Shown: in pieces, positions 13,717 through 16,746 of the stretch
Layout: the number at the start of each line of letters is the position of its first letter
Numbering within the stretch: the stretch's first letter is position 1
NCBI GenBank assembly: GCA_049967655.1
Contig: JBMFSH010000049.1
Coordinates: 1 to 16,746, forward strand
Direction: 5' to 3'
DNA: 16,746 bases
DNA from: Acidobacteriota bacterium
GTDB lineage: Bacteria > Acidobacteriota > UBA4820 > DSQY01
The notes under the pieces: generated by a model
Databases searched by the model: none
Told to the model about the DNA's origin: nothing
The model's input: only the letters and a program-made list of their open reading frames with translations
Program-made: the position numbers and the translations under genes

Positions 13717-13749
13717 CCCAAATTCCGCGACGCCATCGCGGAATTTGGG
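13717..13749. repeat. perfect 14-bp inverted repeat formed by two back-to-back copies of a dispersed intergenic motif
   Basis: CCCAAATTCCGCGA-CGCCA-TCGCGGAATTTGGG; the same motif also occurs at 163-178 and 478-493. Confidence 0.85.
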
Positions 13750-13762
13750 AGTTCAGAGGGGC

Positions 13763-13791
13763 TTGCCGACCGGCAAGCCTTCGGATAGAGT
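13763..13791 (+). promoter_or_regulatory. putative sigma70 promoter of the first PilZ-like gene
   Basis: TTGCCG (13763-13768), 17-bp spacer, TAGAGT (13786-13791). The -35 lies inside the palindrome GGCTTGCCG-AC-CGGCAAGCC (13760-13779). Confidence 0.5.
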
Positions 13792-13814
13792 TGGGGCGGA
13801 TTCGGAGGCGGGAG

Positions 13815-14156
13815 ATGCCCGAGGAGTTTAAGAAGCAGCGGCGCTACCCCAGGATCAGGTCCGAGTATCCCGCGCTGGTCAAACGCCTCGACCCGGAGCT
13901 GTTCACCGGCCTGGCCACCGCGCGGGTGATGAGCCTGGGCGGGTGCATGGTTGAGCACGAAGGCCCGCTGGGGGAAGGCACGCCCGTGGAGCTGCGCTTC
14001 AGCGTCGCCGGCAGGATCATTTCCGCCCGGGGCATCGTGGCCTCGGAAAGAAAGACCCAGGGCGAGACCTACGAGGTCGGCGTGGAGTTCTTCTCCATCC
14101 CCCTACCCGACCTCGAGCTGCTGCAACAGATCACGCGCACCGCCGACGAGGCCTGA
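13815..14156 (+). CDS. stand-alone PilZ-like domain protein, 113 aa
   Basis: C-terminal part of ORF 12117..14156 from ATG 13815 (SD GGAGG). RRYPR (RxxxR), VMSLGG (degenerate D/NxSxxG), PLGEGTPVELRF, YEVGVEF. Confidence 0.8.
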   Translation: MPEEFKKQRRYPRIRSEYPALVKRLDPELFTGLATARVMSLGGCMVEHEGPLGEGTPVELRFSVAGRIISARGIVASERKTQGETYEVGVEFFSIPLPDLELLQQITRTADEA

Positions 14157-14221
14157 TCCCAGACATCGCCGCACCCCCTCACCATTATCCCCCGAAGCAC
14201 CCGCCCGCCGCGCAAAGGTAT

Positions 14222-14245
14222 CCGGGGGGGCGTTTTCTCCCCCGG
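14222..14245. terminator. hairpin downstream of the first PilZ-like gene
   Basis: CCGGGGGGG-CGTTTT-CTCCCCCGG stem-loop; no following U tract, so terminator function is uncertain. Confidence 0.3.
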
Positions 14246-14293
14246 CGCGTGCCGCTTCTCGGACCTGCCGGAGCCGAAGCCGCAACCTTTTGT

Positions 14294-14323
14294 TTGCACG
14301 GAAGGCGGGACGGGAGCTACACT
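14294..14323 (+). promoter_or_regulatory. putative sigma70 promoter of the second PilZ-like gene and mtfA-like gene
   Basis: TTGCAC (14294-14299), 18-bp spacer, TACACT (14318-14323), in a locally AT-richer patch. Confidence 0.55.
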
Positions 14324-14351
14324 TTATCGTAATCCACGGAGAGGGGCTCGA

Positions 14352-14696
14352 ATGAAGGATGCGATCGAGGAGAAGCGGCATTTCCCGCGGCTCACGCGGG
14401 ACGTGCGGATCACCGTCAAGAAGCTCCTTCCAGGAGGGCACGAGTGGCCCGCCGCGACGCGTGAGCTGGGCCTGGGAGGTCTCAGCTTCATCCACCCGGT
14501 TCCCCTGGGTTTGGGCACGCCCCTCGAAGTGCAAATCCCCGTCGCCGAAGCGGTAGTGACGGTGCAGGCGCGCGTCGTCTATGAGCGCGTGGAAGGGGAC
14601 GGGGTTGAAATCGGAGCCGAATACACGGCTTCGTCCATGGGAGACCTGGAGCTGCTTCAGCGACTCTTCGGCCCGCGCGCCAGGGCTTTCCCCTGA
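14352..14696 (+). CDS. stand-alone PilZ-like domain protein, 114 aa (paralog of 13815..14156)
   Basis: EKRHFPR (RxxxR), ELGLGG (degenerate D/NxSxxG), PLGLGTPLEV, ARVVYER, EIGAEY; SD GGAGAGG. Confidence 0.8.
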   Translation: MKDAIEEKRHFPRLTRDVRITVKKLLPGGHEWPAATRELGLGGLSFIHPVPLGLGTPLEVQIPVAEAVVTVQARVVYERVEGDGVEIGAEYTASSMGDLELLQRLFGPRARAFP

Positions 14697-14727
14697 GGCT
14701 GTTCCGTAAGCTGCGAGGGGAAGGGCG

Positions 14728-15486
14728 ATGGTCTTCGGCTGGCTCCGCAAGAGGCGGCGCTCCCGACTGGTGGCCAAGCCGTTTCCGGCGGCATGGGAGT
14801 GGTTTCTCGAACGTCGCTGCTCCCTGTGGGGGACCCTCTCCGAACCCCAGCGTTCCAGGCTGCGCGATGATCTCCGCATTCTCATGGCGGAGGTGAGCTG
14901 GGAGCCCTGCGCCGGCCTGGAGCTCACCGAGGAAATGCAGGTGCTGGTCGCCGCCCAGGCCTGCCTGCTCACTCTGGGCCACCGAGTGGACGATCTCCTG
15001 GCCGTGAAGACCATACTCCTCTACCCGTCGAGTTACCGGGCCCCGGACCAAACGACGGACGAAGCGGGGATCGTGACCGAGGAGATGGACGACCGGGAGG
15101 GTGAGGCCTGGGACGCCGGTACGGTGGTGCTCTCCTGGGAAGATGTCCGAAACGACGCCCGGCGGCTGGACGGCCGGAACCTGGTCCTCCACGAGTTCGC
15201 CCACCAGATCGGCCTCCTGCAAAGGCTGGAATTCCAGGATCCCCCCGCCCGGGGCGGGGCCGCCTTTCGTCGGTGGAACGCGATCATGCACCGGGAATTC
15301 GCCGCGCTTTCCTCGCACCGCCGGGACCGGGTGTTGGATGCTTACGGGGCCGAGGACGAGGCGGAGTTCTTCGCGGTGGCCACGGAGGCCTTTTTCGAAC
15401 GTCCCTCGGACCTGCTCAAGGTTCACCCGGAGCTGTACAAGGCGCTGAGCGCTTACTATCGACAGGACCCAGCAGGACGCGGGTAA
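14728..15486 (+). CDS. MtfA-like zinc-dependent peptidase (peptidase family M90), 252 aa
   Basis: Basic N-terminus MVFGWLRKRRR, IL.YP motif, GEAW..GTVVLSW, GRNLVLHEFAH (HEXXH), YGAEDEAEFFAVATEAFFERP, HPELY..L..YYRQDP. Confidence 0.9.
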   Translation: MVFGWLRKRRRSRLVAKPFPAAWEWFLERRCSLWGTLSEPQRSRLRDDLRILMAEVSWEPCAGLELTEEMQVLVAAQACLLTLGHRVDDLLAVKTILLYPSSYRAPDQTTDEAGIVTEEMDDREGEAWDAGTVVLSWEDVRNDARRLDGRNLVLHEFAHQIGLLQRLEFQDPPARGGAAFRRWNAIMHREFAALSSHRRDRVLDAYGAEDEAEFFAVATEAFFERPSDLLKVHPELYKALSAYYRQDPAGRG

Positions 15487-15607
15487 AATTCCGGCGTCCC
15501 CTCCGGACCGTGCTCACATCGGCATCCTACGGAGGCTGGTGGGGATTTTGGAGAGAGGCTTGCGGCGCAAGCCCCCTGGCGCCGGGTGGCCTGACCCGGG
15601 CGTAGAA

Positions 15608-16087
15608 CTAGGGATTGGACGGTAGGCGGTCCCGGTATATGCCGGGATCCGATCCCGGGATCTCGGTGGCACCCGCCACCCGCTCATAGAAGCCCGTCGA
15701 GTCGGCGCCTCCCACGATGGCGTAGGCGTAGCCAAGGGCCTGCATGGCTTGAAGGGAGGCCAGGAGCAGGGCCGCGCCGACGCCTGCCCCGCGATGAGCT
15801 TCGAGCACCCCCGTGGGACCGAAGAAGTTCCGGCACGTGGTCTCGTAGCAGGCGAAGCCCAGGATGGCCCCTTCCCGGGTGGCAAGGAAACAGGAGACGG
15901 GATGGTTGGCGAAGGAGACCTCCGCCTCGCTCGCCCAGCCCTCTCCGAAGGCCCTCGCCACGAAGGACGAGACCAGGTGCTTCTCGTAAGGCATGGCCCT
16001 GCGGATGGTGATCCCCCGCTCGCCCAGGGCCGCTCGGGGCCCTTCCGCATCGGGCAGTTCGTAGAGCTTGACGAGAAGGTCCGGCAT
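15608..16087 (-). CDS. GNAT-family N-acetyltransferase, 159 aa
   Basis: MPDLLVKLYELP start, ILGFACYE, acetyl-CoA-binding motif A FGPTGVLEAHRGAGVGAALL, GFYERV. ATG 16087 preferred (GGGGGA SD); 16114 is an alternative. Confidence 0.88.
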   Translation of the reverse strand: MPDLLVKLYELPDAEGPRAALGERGITIRRAMPYEKHLVSSFVARAFGEGWASEAEVSFANHPVSCFLATREGAILGFACYETTCRNFFGPTGVLEAHRGAGVGAALLLASLQAMQALGYAYAIVGGADSTGFYERVAGATEIPGSDPGIYRDRLPSNP

Positions 16088-16196
16088 GCGAGTCCCCCAT
16101 TCATCCTGCGCCATCGTAGCATACAGGCGGGCCGGTCCAGGGAGGATACGACCACGGGCATTTCATGGGGCGTGAGGCCGGGGAAACCGGCCAAGC

Positions 16197-16225
16197 TTGC
16201 ATTTGCCTCCGCACTGCGGTATATT
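16197..16225 (+). promoter_or_regulatory. sigma70-type promoter of the cold-shock gene
   Basis: TTGCAT (16197-16202), 17-bp spacer, TATATT (16220-16225). Confidence 0.75.
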
Positions 16226-16296
16226 GTCTTTGCACCCTTCGGCAAGTAGTTTGTTGGAGAGTGGTCCGCAACGGACAAGTAGTGTAGGAGTACAGT

Positions 16297-16503
16297 GTGG
16301 TAAACGGCATCGTAAAATGGTTTGACGAGAAAAAGGGCTACGGCTTCATCACGGTCGAGGGCGGCAAGGACGCCTTCGTCCATCACACCGCCATCGAAGG
16401 CACCGGCTTCAAGACCCTCCAGGAGGGGCAGAAGGTCACGCTGGAGGTCACCCAGGGCCCCAAGGGTCCCCAGGCTGAGCAGGTGCGCGTCGTTCGCGAC
16501 TGA
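16297..16503 (+). CDS. cspA: cold-shock protein (CspA family), 68 aa
   Basis: [15 protein letters not shown] (RNP1), AFVHHTAI (RNP2), [21 protein letters not shown] start with SD AGGAG. The paralog identity within the Csp family cannot be determined. Confidence 0.95.
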   Translation: MVNGIVKWFDEKKGYGFITVEGGKDAFVHHTAIEGTGFKTLQEGQKVTLEVTQGPKGPQAEQVRVVRD

Positions 16504-16527
16504 ACGATCCTTCCAGTCATCCAAACG

Positions 16528-16555
16528 AAAGGGGCCTTCGGGCCCCTTTTCTTTT
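16528..16555 (+). terminator. rho-independent terminator of the csp gene (possibly bidirectional)
   Basis: AAAGGGGCC-TTCG-GGCCCCTTTTCTTTT: C(UUCG)G tetraloop stem followed by a U tract; A-rich 5' side. Confidence 0.9.
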
Positions 16556-16746
16556 GGCTGCCGGAGAGCATCACACCACCCGGCCCGCTTTCCCTTACTT
16601 CATCCATCATCATAGCTGTCCAAAATATTTTCAGCTCGCACTGATGCGGTCTGCCTTCCGGAGCGAAGTGGAGGAAGGCGCGTCCCGGCGCCGATGGGCC
16701 TCATGTAAGGAAAGCGAGGCGGCCGCACCGCAAGCGTACTCCCTGT

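Noticed and set aside
13608..13958. 117-aa N-terminal extension of the S9 peptidase
   Set aside because: It would overlap the opposite-strand PilZ-like gene and its promoter. ATG 13607 has an SD and is followed by a signal peptide.

Overview
GC-rich bacterial chromosomal window made up mostly of housekeeping and metabolic genes. On the + strand is a carA-carB-murB operon. Converging on it from the - strand are a secreted S9-family peptidase, an ABHD18/DUF2048-like alpha/beta hydrolase and a three-subunit succinate dehydrogenase/fumarate reductase operon (sdhCAB). The right end holds two tandem stand-alone PilZ-like genes, an MtfA/M90 zinc peptidase, a GNAT acetyltransferase and a cold-shock protein. 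I recognised no tRNA, rRNA, CRISPR array, transposase or integrase. The most unusual signals are: (i) a 9-bp-periodic palindromic insert between carA and carB, read through by a 44-aa micro-ORF that overlaps both neighbours by ATGA; (ii) a 16-bp intergenic motif, CRTCGCGGARTTTGGG, present four times, with three copies 13-14 bp upstream of sigma70-like -35 boxes; (iii) a bacterial protein closely resembling eukaryotic mitochondrial ABHD18, lying beside complex II genes; (iv) candidate structured non-coding elements at both ends of the window. All family assignments come from motif recognition by eye; no searches were run.
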